DNA of 64,000 bases from the NCBI GenBank assembly GCA_013329215.1, contig DUKS01000002.1, forward strand, positions 13,669 to 77,668, given 5' to 3'. The notes below the pieces were generated by a model. That model did not search any database. It was not told the DNA's origin and saw only the letters and a program-made list of their open reading frames with translations. A program made the position numbers and the translations under genes. Position 1 is the stretch's first letter; every line of letters begins with the position of its first letter. This document shows, in pieces, positions 9,310-21,079 of the stretch. The DNA comes from Nanobdellota archaeon. GTDB lineage: Archaea; Nanobdellota; Nanobdellia; SCGC-AAA011-G17; GW2011-AR17.

Positions 9310-10239
9310 TTAGATGTTATCCTTGCATTGCCTTAATAGCTTTTCCCATTCCATGCTTGTTTCTTCCTGCATCTTGTCTATAATGGGTTTGTTCCCTGGC
9401 TCAAGCAGGTGCCTGAACCTTTTCTGCGGCTTTATGAATTCTGTTATTGGCAGCGGGTTGGCCGGCCTGAAGTTTAACTTGTAAGACCCTTTCTCTATTT
9501 CAAATAGGGGCCAAAAGTTCGTATTCACAGCGAGCTTGGATATCTCAATTGCAAAGTCTGTGCCTATCCCCCAGTTCAGCTGGCACGGGGAAAATACATT
9601 CAGGAAAGCTGGGCCGTCTGCCGCAAATGCCTTTTTTGCCTTTTCAAACAGGTCTGGCCAGTTGTGCACTGCGGCCTGCGCAACATAGGGTATATTATGC
9701 GCCGCAGCAATCCTCACAATGTCTTTTCTTGAGAGCATGTTTCCCTTCAGCACAGAGCCAACAGGCGTTGTTGTTGTATTGGCGCCGTACGGCGTGCCGC
9801 TGCTTCTCTGGTTGCCTGTGTTCATGTAAGCGCCGTTGTCGTAAAGCACAAACACAATCTTGTGCCTTCTTTCAAGCATGCCTGACAGGCTTTGCAGCCC
9901 AATGTCATATGTGCCGCCGTCTCCGGCAAAAACCACAAAGTTAAGATTATTTTTGACAAACCCCCTTTTCTTAAGCGCCCTGTACGCGGTTTCCACCCCT
10001 GAAAGTGTCGCGGCTGAATTCTCAAAAAGGCTGTGCACGCATGGCGTTTTCCATGAGCTTCTCGGATACTGTGTTGAAGTTACCTCCAGACAGCCTGTTG
10101 CAAGGCATACAACTGTGTTTTTTCCTGCGGCTTTCATTACAGTCCTTACTATCATTGGGAAACCGCAGCCTGAGCAGCTGCCGTGCCCCGGGGCAAAGTA
10201 TGATTCCATCTCAGCGAATTCTTTTATGTTGACTGCCAT
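9310..10239 (-). CDS. porB: Pyruvate:ferredoxin oxidoreductase beta subunit (TPP-binding)
   Basis: GDGGTYDIG TPP motif; CxxC cluster ligands. Confidence 0.9.
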   Translation of the reverse strand: MAVNIKEFAEMESYFAPGHGSCSGCGFPMIVRTVMKAAGKNTVVCLATGCLEVTSTQYPRSSWKTPCVHSLFENSAATLSGVETAYRALKKRGFVKNNLNFVVFAGDGGTYDIGLQSLSGMLERRHKIVFVLYDNGAYMNTGNQRSSGTPYGANTTTTPVGSVLKGNMLSRKDIVRIAAAHNIPYVAQAAVHNWPDLFEKAKKAFAADGPAFLNVFSPCQLNWGIGTDFAIEISKLAVNTNFWPLFEIEKGSYKLNFRPANPLPITEFIKPQKRFRHLLEPGNKPIIDKMQEETSMEWEKLLRQCKDNI

Positions 10240-11381
10240 TATTGGATGTACTCCTTTGGTTTTTTTCCAGCCAGCAGGCCTGTGAATATGTTTTCCACCT
10301 GCTCTTCAAACAGGTCCCTTCCGCCAAGTCCAAATACAGAGCTGAACAACTTTGGCTTTTTGCTTAAGCCGTAAAGCGCCTGCATCGTCTCTGAGTATAG
10401 CGGTGCATTTGCGCCGAAAGATATGGCCCTATCCAGCACGCATACTGCCTTTGCCTTTTCCAGGCATGTTCCAATTTCTTCGTAAGGGCACGGCCTGAGC
10501 AGTATTATCTTCAGCAGCCCCACTTTTTTGCCATTTTGCCTCATGCTGTCAACAACGGCTTTTGCAGTGCCTGCTGCTGAGCACAAAGTGACAATTACGG
10601 CTTCTGCGTCATTAGTCCTGTATTCTTCAACATAACCATAATTCCTGCCTGATAATTTTGCAAATTCTTTTGCCGCCTTGGGATATTCTGCCAGCGCCGA
10701 GCTTAGGGCTTTTTCCTGCTCTATCTTTGTTTCCATGTATGCGTTTGGCATTTGCCATGCGCCGAATGTCATCGGATTGCCCGTGTCAAGGAGCGTGTTC
10801 TTTGGCTTATACTCTCCTACGAATTTTTTTGTTTTTTGCTCTTCAAGTATATCGAGGTTTTCAACGCAGTGCGATGTGATAAATCCGTCCTGGCATACCA
10901 TCACTGGGGTGTTTATTGCTTCAGCAAGCTTTTGCCCGATTATTGTAAGGTCGTATGCTTCCTGGGGAGTTTCTGCAAAAAGCTGCACCCAGCCGAGGTC
11001 CCTTATGTTCATTGTTGAGCACTGGTCGCAGTGTATGTTGAGCGGCGCTGATATCGCCCTGTTTACTACGTTCATTAATATAGGCAGGCGCATTCCTGAA
11101 GCAACAGTCAGCACTTCGTTCATCAGCGATATCCCCTGCGATGAGCTTGCAGTCATGACCCTTGCGCCTGCTGCTGAAGCTCCAACAGCAACGCTCATTA
11201 CGGAATGCTCTGACTCAACAAGCACAAGCTCTGTGCCAACCTGGCCCTCTGCCTTGAAGTAGCAGAATTTTTCCATCATGGGGGTCTGCGGGGTGATTGG
11301 ATAAACTGGGACAACATCCGGGTTTATCTGCTTCATCGCCTCTGCGGCTGCGTGCGCCCCTGTTAATTGGACTTTTTTCAT
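10239..11381 (-). CDS. porA: Pyruvate:ferredoxin oxidoreductase alpha subunit
   Basis: Alpha-subunit length and context; start overlaps the porD stop (11378-11381). Confidence 0.9.
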   Translation of the reverse strand: MKKVQLTGAHAAAEAMKQINPDVVPVYPITPQTPMMEKFCYFKAEGQVGTELVLVESEHSVMSVAVGASAAGARVMTASSSQGISLMNEVLTVASGMRLPILMNVVNRAISAPLNIHCDQCSTMNIRDLGWVQLFAETPQEAYDLTIIGQKLAEAINTPVMVCQDGFITSHCVENLDILEEQKTKKFVGEYKPKNTLLDTGNPMTFGAWQMPNAYMETKIEQEKALSSALAEYPKAAKEFAKLSGRNYGYVEEYRTNDAEAVIVTLCSAAGTAKAVVDSMRQNGKKVGLLKIILLRPCPYEEIGTCLEKAKAVCVLDRAISFGANAPLYSETMQALYGLSKKPKLFSSVFGLGGRDLFEEQVENIFTGLLAGKKPKEYIQ

Positions 11382-11656
11382 ATGAATTTAAGCTCATCCT
11401 CCATTGCAATGCACTTTACAGGGCAGACCTGGCTGCATATGCCGCATCCCTTGCAGTAAGATAGGTCTGTTTCAAGCCTTACCCCATTTTTGGCAGGTAT
11501 GCAGTTTTCAGGGCAGTATATAACGCATAGCATACAGTTTATGCATCTCTTCTTGTCTACTATCGGGCGCTGGGTTTTCCAGCTTCCTGTTTTTACTTCA
11601 GTGGTTGTGCCTGCCTTTACTTTTGCGCCTTCCATGCCTGCTTCTGATTCTTTCAT
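11378..11656 (-). CDS. porD: Pyruvate:ferredoxin oxidoreductase delta subunit (2x[4Fe-4S])
   Basis: CINCMLCVIYCP and CKGCGICSQVCP. Confidence 0.9.
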   Translation of the reverse strand: MKESEAGMEGAKVKAGTTTEVKTGSWKTQRPIVDKKRCINCMLCVIYCPENCIPAKNGVRLETDLSYCKGCGICSQVCPVKCIAMEDELKFI

Positions 11657-12219
11657 TTCAACGCCTCATAGCCTTCCCTGACCGCGCTTATGTTCTTATC
11701 AAGCATGTCCTTGCTTACCTTATGCGAGAAGTTGCATACCACCCTTCCGAGCACTTCATCCATGCTTAATATGCCTGCCGCTTTTACAAACGCGCCAAGC
11801 ATTGGCATATTCGGGTGGTTTGAGCCGAGTATTTTTTGGGCCATTCCTGAGGCGTCCATAGTGAAAACCCTGCATCTGCATTTCAGCTTCTCTGTTATAG
11901 CACTGGCTGGCTTGGTTGTGTTTACCAGAAGCATGCCATTTTCCATAATTGCGCCCTTAACATTAACGCTGTCAGCAAGTGTCGGGTCGATAATCATTAC
12001 AATGTCTGCATTTGTGACAGGCGCGTGCGTTTTTATCGGTTTCCCTGAAATCCTGACATAGGCCAGCATAGGCGCGCCTGTTTTTTCGGCGCCGTAGCTT
12101 GGGAACGTCTGGATATACTTGCCGCTGTTTGACGCAGCCTCAGCTATAACTTGGGCTATGCTTTTTGCCCCCTGCCCTGCTCTTCCATGGATAATCAGTT
12201 CGAAAATTTCCTTAGGCAT
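11653..12219 (-). CDS. porG: Pyruvate:ferredoxin oxidoreductase gamma subunit
   Basis: Gamma-subunit fold; first gene of the porGDAB operon, 4-nt overlap with porD. Confidence 0.85.
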   Translation of the reverse strand: MPKEIFELIIHGRAGQGAKSIAQVIAEAASNSGKYIQTFPSYGAEKTGAPMLAYVRISGKPIKTHAPVTNADIVMIIDPTLADSVNVKGAIMENGMLLVNTTKPASAITEKLKCRCRVFTMDASGMAQKILGSNHPNMPMLGAFVKAAGILSMDEVLGRVVCNFSHKVSKDMLDKNISAVREGYEALK

Positions 12220-12289
12220 GCATTTTCTTAATAAGGAGGGCTATTTAAATATAGCGAAACATGTGAATAAATAGAATATAGCAAAAAAA

Positions 12290-12508
12290 TCAGGCTTTTG
12301 ATATTTTTATTGCCTGGACAGGGCATATTGATTCAGCGGCCTTGTTCTTCTCAAGATCTTCTTCGCTGATGACAGATGCCTTCGGATGCCCCTTGTACCC
12401 TTCGCCGGTTTCCTTAAGCTCCCAGTTCTCCGGGCACTCGGAAGCGCAGGCGCCGCACCCTATGCATGTTGCCTCGTCCACTTTTATCTTGTATCTTGCT
12501 TTACCCAT
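12290..12508 (-). CDS. Single-cluster [4Fe-4S] ferredoxin (Pyrococcus Fd-like)
   Basis: KIKVDEATCIGCGACASECP...ESICPVQAI. Confidence 0.85.
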   Translation of the reverse strand: MGKARYKIKVDEATCIGCGACASECPENWELKETGEGYKGHPKASVISEEDLEKNKAAESICPVQAIKISKA

Positions 12509-12533
12509 TTTTTCCTCCCTACATTTTGTTTGT

Positions 12534-12833
12534 CTAATGGCAGCAGGGGCAGCATTCCCCGCAGCTGCTTTTCTTCTTTTTTGCAGCGCTGTTCAGGTCT
12601 TTGAGCAGCACATTTGCGTCTATGCCGTGGCTTTTTGCCCCCTGCTCAACGCTTTCGAATGATGCAATTGCGCAGCCTATGCAGTGCAGGCCGTGCTTTG
12701 CAAAAACATCCACTGTTTGCGGATATTTTGAAACCACATCCCCTATCGAGGTGCTTTTTGTGATCAGGTCTTTTGCCGCTTTCACCGCGGGCTTTTTTGG
12801 TTTTGGTTTTTTAGCCATTTGGTTCACCTTCAC
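12534..12833 (-). CDS. DUF1858 redox-disulfide protein with Cys-rich C-terminal tail
   Basis: DVVSKYPQTVDVFAKHGLHCIGCAIASFESVEQGAKSHGID; tail SSCGECCPCCH. Confidence 0.65.
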   Translation of the reverse strand: MKVNQMAKKPKPKKPAVKAAKDLITKSTSIGDVVSKYPQTVDVFAKHGLHCIGCAIASFESVEQGAKSHGIDANVLLKDLNSAAKKKKSSCGECCPCCH

Positions 12834-12899
12834 TTTAATCCTTTTTTATCTATATTTATAGTTTGCGGATATTGAAAATATATTTTGAAAAAGATAAAA

Positions 12900-13180
12900 A
12901 GGCAAAACATCAAAATAATTGCCAAAGTAAAATCTTTGGCAAATAGCAAAGTCCCCCTGGATTTCGCTAAATTGCCAATCCGCCGAAGTTTGCATCTTTC
13001 TGGCGCGGGCCATCCGCGCCCGGGACATATTTACAAAGGGGCTCGCCAAAAACCCCCTCGTATGCTTATGAGACTAACTCGCCTCTTCTCCCCGATGCTG
13101 TTGTATAGTCTCAAAGATACTGCTATATAAATGTTTCTGCCACGAGGGGGAAAAGGATTATTTGCGTGTGGTGAAAATTA
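12900..13180. ncRNA. Candidate structured ncRNA in a 477-bp gene-free region (identity unknown)
   Basis: 7-bp GC stem GGCGCGG/CCGCGCC with a 5-nt loop; long-range pairing ccccctcg/cgaggggg; ttgccaaag/ctttggcaa hairpin; AAAGUCC-like segment; no convincing ORF. Confidence 0.25.
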
Positions 13181-13257
13181 ATTTTGCATGGCTTTTGTTA
13201 TGCAGCTAAGGAATAGTTGCACAAAGCCCGCAAAACCAAAACCCTTATATAGAAGTT

Positions 13258-13288
13258 AGTGTATACCCTGTGTATACACATATTAAAT
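13258..13288 (+). promoter_or_regulatory. Promoter of the ZnR-AbrB/CDC48 operon: direct repeat of palindromic GTGTATAC abutting a TATA box
   Basis: gtgtataccctgtgtatacac then tattaaat, 23 nt upstream of the ATG at 13311. Confidence 0.4.
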
Positions 13289-13310
13289 ATACTGAAGAGT
13301 ACTACACAAA

Positions 13311-15984
<2,674 letters not shown>

Positions 15985-15997
15985 TTCTTTTCTTTTT

Positions 15998-16864
15998 TTA
16001 TATTTTTGTTAATATTACCGGCTTTTCCTTAATCAGTATTGTATGCTCTGCCTGGCTTACGTTGCCTTTTGAGGATTCATACAGCTGCGGGTAGCTGCGC
16101 AGTATTCCTTCCCTGAACAGGACCTGCATAAGGAATTTTGCTTTTGGAAAATCTTTTTCAAGCCATCTTGACGCAAACGGCAGCGAGCTGTATTCGTTTG
16201 CTATGAATGAGAGCATTTTTCTTGCAGCGGGGTCCCGTACGGGCTTTACCCTTGCAAGCTTGTATATGCCTGACGGCTTTCCCTCCGCAACCCTGCCTGA
16301 GCTCCCGTTTGTTGCAAACGGCTCAATGGCAATAATCTGCCCCTCTTTTAATTGGTCTTCATCCCCATTGTCATAATTCGGAATGCTTATCCCGGAATGA
16401 AGGTTGAATGTTGTTATGCCGTGGCCTGAAAGGTTGCGTATCGATATGAAATTGTGGTCTGATATTGCATTTGCTATAACTTTTCCTATTTCCCGCAGTT
16501 TTACACCAGGAACGCACAGCTGGATTGCGGCGTTTAGCGCATCTTCAGACGCTTTTATGAGATTGGCATCTTTGCCCAGCGTCCTTGCAGTGTCTCCGAT
16601 ATGGCCGTTCACATGTACGCCAACATCTATTTTCAGGATGTCTTCATCTCCGAATACTGTTTTGTCATCTGCTGAAGGAGTGTAATGCGCTGCCATTGAG
16701 TTCAGAGAGAGGTTTACAGGAAACGCGGGCTTTGCGCCCAGCTCTTTAATCCTGCCTTCTATTTTTTCAGCAAGCTCAAGCAGCGTTATTCCGGGCTTTG
16801 CAATATCACATCCATAGTTTAGGCACTCTCCTGCTATTTTTCCGGCATTAATCCAGTCTTCCAT
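15998..16864 (-). CDS. map: Methionine aminopeptidase, type 2 (archaeal)
   Basis: Pita-bread fold; metal ligands in the ...DVGVHVNGHIGD...GHGI... context. Confidence 0.85.
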   Translation of the reverse strand: MEDWINAGKIAGECLNYGCDIAKPGITLLELAEKIEGRIKELGAKPAFPVNLSLNSMAAHYTPSADDKTVFGDEDILKIDVGVHVNGHIGDTARTLGKDANLIKASEDALNAAIQLCVPGVKLREIGKVIANAISDHNFISIRNLSGHGITTFNLHSGISIPNYDNGDEDQLKEGQIIAIEPFATNGSSGRVAEGKPSGIYKLARVKPVRDPAARKMLSFIANEYSSLPFASRWLEKDFPKAKFLMQVLFREGILRSYPQLYESSKGNVSQAEHTILIKEKPVILTKI

Positions 16865-16896
16865 AGCGAATGGGAATATGTTTTAGAATTATAAAG

Positions 16897-18954
16897 CTAT
16901 TGGCCTTTCTTTTTCCAGTGGTTTATCACAAAATCCCCATCTACAACTAGCTCGGTTGCATTTCCCCCGACCATCTCATATAGCATATTATTAAATATTA
17001 CTTCGCACACGCTGTTCAGGCTTCTTGCACCCTGCTTTAATTTTTGCGCGGCTTCTGCTATGGCCTGACGTGCATCTTCTGTCACCTCAAGTCTTATCTT
17101 TGCTTCCCTGAACAGCCTTCTGTAGTGCCTGAGCACCGCCCCCTTGGGCTTTGTTAAAATATCCTGCAATTCGTCTCTTGTGAGCTCATATAAGGGCGCG
17201 CGAATGGGAAATCTCGCAACAAACTCAGGAAGGAAACCATAGTCTATAAGGTCCTGCGGCGTTACCGCCTCAAGCAGTTCATCTGTTTTCAGTTCGTTGC
17301 CTTGTGCGCCGAACCCAAGCTTCCCGCCTTTGCTTTTGGCAACTTTTTCTGTAAGGCTCTCCCCTGAGGAACTTTTTGAAAATGCGCCGCCTGCTATAAA
17401 CAGGATGTTTGTTGTGTCTATGGGGATTGAATCGCCATGGCGGCTCAGCCTGACATTTACAATTGAGCCTTCGACAGGCTTCAGCATCTGCTGCTGCGCT
17501 CCCTGGCCCCCCACATCATGCCCTCCTCCTTCTGTTGCTTTTCTTTTGTCTATTTCATCAAGGAAGATAACTCCTTTTTGGGTTTGTTCTAAGTCTTTTC
17601 CTGCCACGAAGTATAAGTCCCTAACCGGCTCATCGGCCTTGCTACCCCAGATGCCTTCATCTGTTATCTTGGATGCGTCAGAAACAGTGAATGGTATTCG
17701 CCTGCCCAGCATCTTTGCGAGGATTCTTGCGCAAGTAATTGCAGTGTAAGTCTTGCCGCAGCCTGTCGGCCCGAGCAGAAGTATGTTGCTCTTTTTCATC
17801 TCTTCATCTTCATCCTCTGCGCCTTTCTCTCCAATGCTTGTGACCCTGACTGCGTGCGAATAAAGGCCCACTGCAATAATGCGCTTTGCTCTTTCCTGCC
17901 CGATAATATATTCATCCAGCCATTCCTTGATTCTTCTTGGCGGCGGGACTTCTATATCTGAATCGCTGCTTTTTGCCAGCGCTTTCATCTCAAGCTCGCT
18001 TGGCATTTTGCCTTTGATATCTGCAAGGCTCTTGATTTGCCTGAGCATGAAAAGGAGCCCGCTTGAAATATCAAATTCAGGGTTAGCCCTTACATAAGCC
18101 AGGCCTTTTTCATATGCCTTGGCAAGGTCGCCTTTAATACCAGGCAAACTCTGGTCAAGAATATACGCCTTGAACAGGAACTGCACTGCCATCGGCACTG
18201 TTTCAGGGGCATTTTCCAGCATGAAATGCCCATACTTGTGCATAACAGCCGCATTGTCGGGCGCTTCATTCTTGCGGTGCTTCATCATCTGCACAAACGG
18301 CATTGTTTCCATGCCCCCCCCTTCTGATTTCTTCTCCCATATCTTTTTTCCGAACTTCGCAATAAGAAAGTCAGGGTCATCAAACTTCAGCCTGCAGGCA
18401 TTGACCATGCATTCATGCGCCTTGTCTTCGTATTCGCTGTTTGTGCCTTTTGCAAGCGTGTAGAGCTCATGCATTGCCGCATGCAGCCTGGCGTCTTCAG
18501 GGAATACAGAAAGCGCAATCTCGCCGACTTTTATCGCTTCGGGCACCATGTAAGCGCCGGCCTTCGGCATTTCCTGCCCGAGGAATTCCATGTATGAAAG
18601 GTAATTGTCAGGCGTTTCCTGTAGCTTTATCAGTGTTGAATGGTCCCTGCATCGCTTCCTGAATTCTTCTGCAGCCGCTGCGGGATTTTTGTATGCCTCA
18701 GACCCCATTCTTCTTCCGCATTCCAGGGACATTCTGCACATTGCAATCCTCTCTTCAAGCGAATCTGTGCTTGTCCCTGCTACATCGAATGTAGTGCGCG
18801 CATCATCAAAATTTCCATCAAGAAAGCTTCTTACGCCCGCTGCCTTTACGGTTGCATATTTCGTTCTCTCTCTTCTAGATGTTGACAGCTCGCCGCAGCT
18901 AAAACCCTTGCGAAAAGCCGCTGTAAGGTCCGTATTTTCAGGCTTTCCCATCAA
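16897..18954 (-). CDS. ClpX-family AAA+ unfoldase paralog 1 with novel ~330-aa helical N-terminal domain (no zinc finger)
   Basis: C-terminal half is ClpX-like: IKEWLDEYIIGQERAKR, LLLGPTGCGKTY, IFLDEIDK, GGGHDVGGQGAQQQMLK, NILFIAGGAF, LGFGAQ (IGF-loop-like), pore loop GIWG, LIDYGFLPEFVARFP; TATA 18975-18988. Confidence 0.75.
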   Translation of the reverse strand: MMGKPENTDLTAAFRKGFSCGELSTSRRERTKYATVKAAGVRSFLDGNFDDARTTFDVAGTSTDSLEERIAMCRMSLECGRRMGSEAYKNPAAAAEEFRKRCRDHSTLIKLQETPDNYLSYMEFLGQEMPKAGAYMVPEAIKVGEIALSVFPEDARLHAAMHELYTLAKGTNSEYEDKAHECMVNACRLKFDDPDFLIAKFGKKIWEKKSEGGGMETMPFVQMMKHRKNEAPDNAAVMHKYGHFMLENAPETVPMAVQFLFKAYILDQSLPGIKGDLAKAYEKGLAYVRANPEFDISSGLLFMLRQIKSLADIKGKMPSELEMKALAKSSDSDIEVPPPRRIKEWLDEYIIGQERAKRIIAVGLYSHAVRVTSIGEKGAEDEDEEMKKSNILLLGPTGCGKTYTAITCARILAKMLGRRIPFTVSDASKITDEGIWGSKADEPVRDLYFVAGKDLEQTQKGVIFLDEIDKRKATEGGGHDVGGQGAQQQMLKPVEGSIVNVRLSRHGDSIPIDTTNILFIAGGAFSKSSSGESLTEKVAKSKGGKLGFGAQGNELKTDELLEAVTPQDLIDYGFLPEFVARFPIRAPLYELTRDELQDILTKPKGAVLRHYRRLFREAKIRLEVTEDARQAIAEAAQKLKQGARSLNSVCEVIFNNMLYEMVGGNATELVVDGDFVINHWKKKGQ

Positions 18955-18999
18955 TGAGGGGTAATCGATTACAGGTTTATAAATATATCTCAGATTTCC

Positions 19000-20988
19000 C
19001 TAATTTTTGCCAACCGCTTTCAAAACCTCTCCCCTTCCTACTGAATAGTTCTTTATGCTGCTGCCAGGCAGGTAAAACAGCGCATCCTCAAAAAGTGAGT
19101 CGCATATTGTCCTTAGGCTTCTTGCGCCTGCATTTAGCGCATATGCCTCTTCTGCTATTGTGTCAAGCGCATCAGGCCTGACATCAAGCTTAACATCTGA
19201 CAGCCTGAACATTTCAACATACTGCGGTATGACCGCATCTGCGGGCTCTGTAAGTATCTTCCTTAATTCCCGCTCGCTTAGCTGCTCAAGCACAATCCTG
19301 TGGTGCAGCCTGCCAACAAACTCGGGTATGAAGCCGTATTCTATCAGGTCCTTGTCTGTGAGGCGGCCGGATATGCCCTTATTCTTGGGCGCTTCTTCAT
19401 GCCCGCCCATTCTAAACCCAATGTGCTTCTCTCTTGCGCCTATAACCTCTCCGATGCTGCCGCCTTCATTTGAAAAGGAAAATGCGCCGCCGACTACAAA
19501 CAGGATATTTGTCGTGTCTATCTGTATATATTTCCCCTGGCTTACTTCAACATTCACGACAGAGCCTTCAAGCAGCTTTAGATACTGCTGCTGCGCCCCC
19601 TCGCCGTTTACGTCCTTGCCCCCTCCCTTTATAGCCCTTATCTTGTCTGCTTCATCAAGATAGACAATCCCTCTTTGCGCGAGCTCAACATTCCCATTTG
19701 CAGCCCCCAGCAAGGCCAGGAGGCACTGCTCTGCTTTGTCCCCCACATATCCGGCGCTTGTCACTTTTGAAGTATCAATCACGACAAACGGAACACCTGA
19801 CATTTTAGCAAGCATGTTAAGCATGTATGTTTTTCCAGAGCCTGTCGGCCCAAGCAGGAGCATGTTGCTCTTGTCCAGCTTTTTCGCATTTTTGTCCATC
19901 GCCTGCCTAAGCCTGAGCAGGTGCATGTAATAGCCGACAGAAACCCCCATCTTTGCTTTTTCCTGTCCTATGACATAATCATCAAGGTGCGCCTTGATTT
20001 CCCGCGGCAGGACTACTTTAACCTCTTTTGAAAACTCCTTGACCTCATCCACTCTTGTTGCATTCGGGTTTTCGTTGCGCAGCTCTTTTTTCAGCTTGGC
20101 GACTTCTGCATAATTTTTGTGCAGCGCCTTAAACTGTTCCCCGTTCTTTCTCCTCCTGAGGCTTGCAGCTGCCTTGTCAAACGCTTCAACGACATCTTTT
20201 TTAATGCCATCAAGCGTCGGCTTTCCTTTCCACGCTTTGTATAAAGTGTAGAGCGCCCATTCTTCATGCGTATTAATGTTCCTGAGCATGTACCTGCCAT
20301 ATTTCTGCAGCGCTTCCGGATTTCTAAGTATTGCGTGCCCTTTGTATTCCATAATAATATAAAATGGAGCCTTTTTCATCTCAAACACCTCGCCTGGCTG
20401 CCAGAGCATTTTGCCGAATTCATTAATGAGGTAGTCGGGGTCATCGAACTTCAGCTTCACCAGCGCTTCAAGCCTTTTTTGCGCTTCTTTGTAGTTTTCG
20501 GTAAACACATATAGCTCGTACATCTCTGAATGAATCCTGTGGTCTTCCGGAAATCTTTCAAGTGCAATTTCCCCTACCCTTATGGCTTCAGCCATCATGT
20601 TTATGTGATGCACTTCCGCCATATCCTTTCCAAGAAAGTTCATGTACGACAGGAAGTTGTCAGCTGTCTCATGCGTTCTTATCGTGAACTCATAAGTGCT
20701 GCGCAGCCTATTGAATTCCTCTTCTGTCGGGCTTATCCTGAAAAGCTGTTTTGCGCAATCCAGCAGTTTCCCGCTGATTGCGTCTTTTTCAGAAACTGAA
20801 TCGGTTTTTGTGAGGGCTGTCATGAAACTAAACTGCGCCTCGAGGTAGTGCTCATCAAGGTAATCCCTCATTGCGTTTGCTTTATTCAGCCTAAATTCCG
20901 CCTTTATTTGATATAAAGAACATAGTCCGGCACAGTCAAAAGAGCCCTTTAGCCTATCTTCAAGGCTTTTGTTGCCTTGCTCTGCCAT
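19000..20988 (-). CDS. ClpX-family AAA+ unfoldase paralog 2 with the same N-terminal domain
   Basis: IKAHLDDYVIGQEKAK, LLLGPTGSGKTY, pore loop GYVGD, IVYLDEADKI, GGGKDVNGEGAQQQYLKLLEG, HIGFRMGG (IGF loop); N-domain aligns with paralog 1 (DNFLSYMNFLG, AIRVGEIALERFPED, KLKFDDPDYLI); likely start MAEQ at 20988, placing the TATA (21011-21018) 26 nt upstream. Confidence 0.75.
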   Translation of the reverse strand: MAEQGNKSLEDRLKGSFDCAGLCSLYQIKAEFRLNKANAMRDYLDEHYLEAQFSFMTALTKTDSVSEKDAISGKLLDCAKQLFRISPTEEEFNRLRSTYEFTIRTHETADNFLSYMNFLGKDMAEVHHINMMAEAIRVGEIALERFPEDHRIHSEMYELYVFTENYKEAQKRLEALVKLKFDDPDYLINEFGKMLWQPGEVFEMKKAPFYIIMEYKGHAILRNPEALQKYGRYMLRNINTHEEWALYTLYKAWKGKPTLDGIKKDVVEAFDKAAASLRRRKNGEQFKALHKNYAEVAKLKKELRNENPNATRVDEVKEFSKEVKVVLPREIKAHLDDYVIGQEKAKMGVSVGYYMHLLRLRQAMDKNAKKLDKSNMLLLGPTGSGKTYMLNMLAKMSGVPFVVIDTSKVTSAGYVGDKAEQCLLALLGAANGNVELAQRGIVYLDEADKIRAIKGGGKDVNGEGAQQQYLKLLEGSVVNVEVSQGKYIQIDTTNILFVVGGAFSFSNEGGSIGEVIGAREKHIGFRMGGHEEAPKNKGISGRLTDKDLIEYGFIPEFVGRLHHRIVLEQLSERELRKILTEPADAVIPQYVEMFRLSDVKLDVRPDALDTIAEEAYALNAGARSLRTICDSLFEDALFYLPGSSIKNYSVGRGEVLKAVGKN

Positions 20989-21079
20989 GCACATATTATA
21001 TGCAGCCGGCTTTATAAACATTCTCCCTTCTATCACACGTTAGAAAAGCTTTTAATCATGCTTCCGCTTTTTCAGCTGT

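Noticed and set aside
12846-13130. Two short ORFs (67 and 81 aa) in the 477-bp intergenic region
   Set aside because: They are low-complexity and mutually overlapping, with no promoter or start context. The region is better explained as structured non-coding DNA or RNA.
16897-21036. Alternative identification of the two AAA+ proteins as HslU or Lon
   Set aside because: There is no HslU I-domain insertion between Walker A and B and no Lon protease domain. The GYVG/GIWG pore loop, the IGF/LGF loop and the LDDYVIGQE-type N-terminal box match ClpX specifically.
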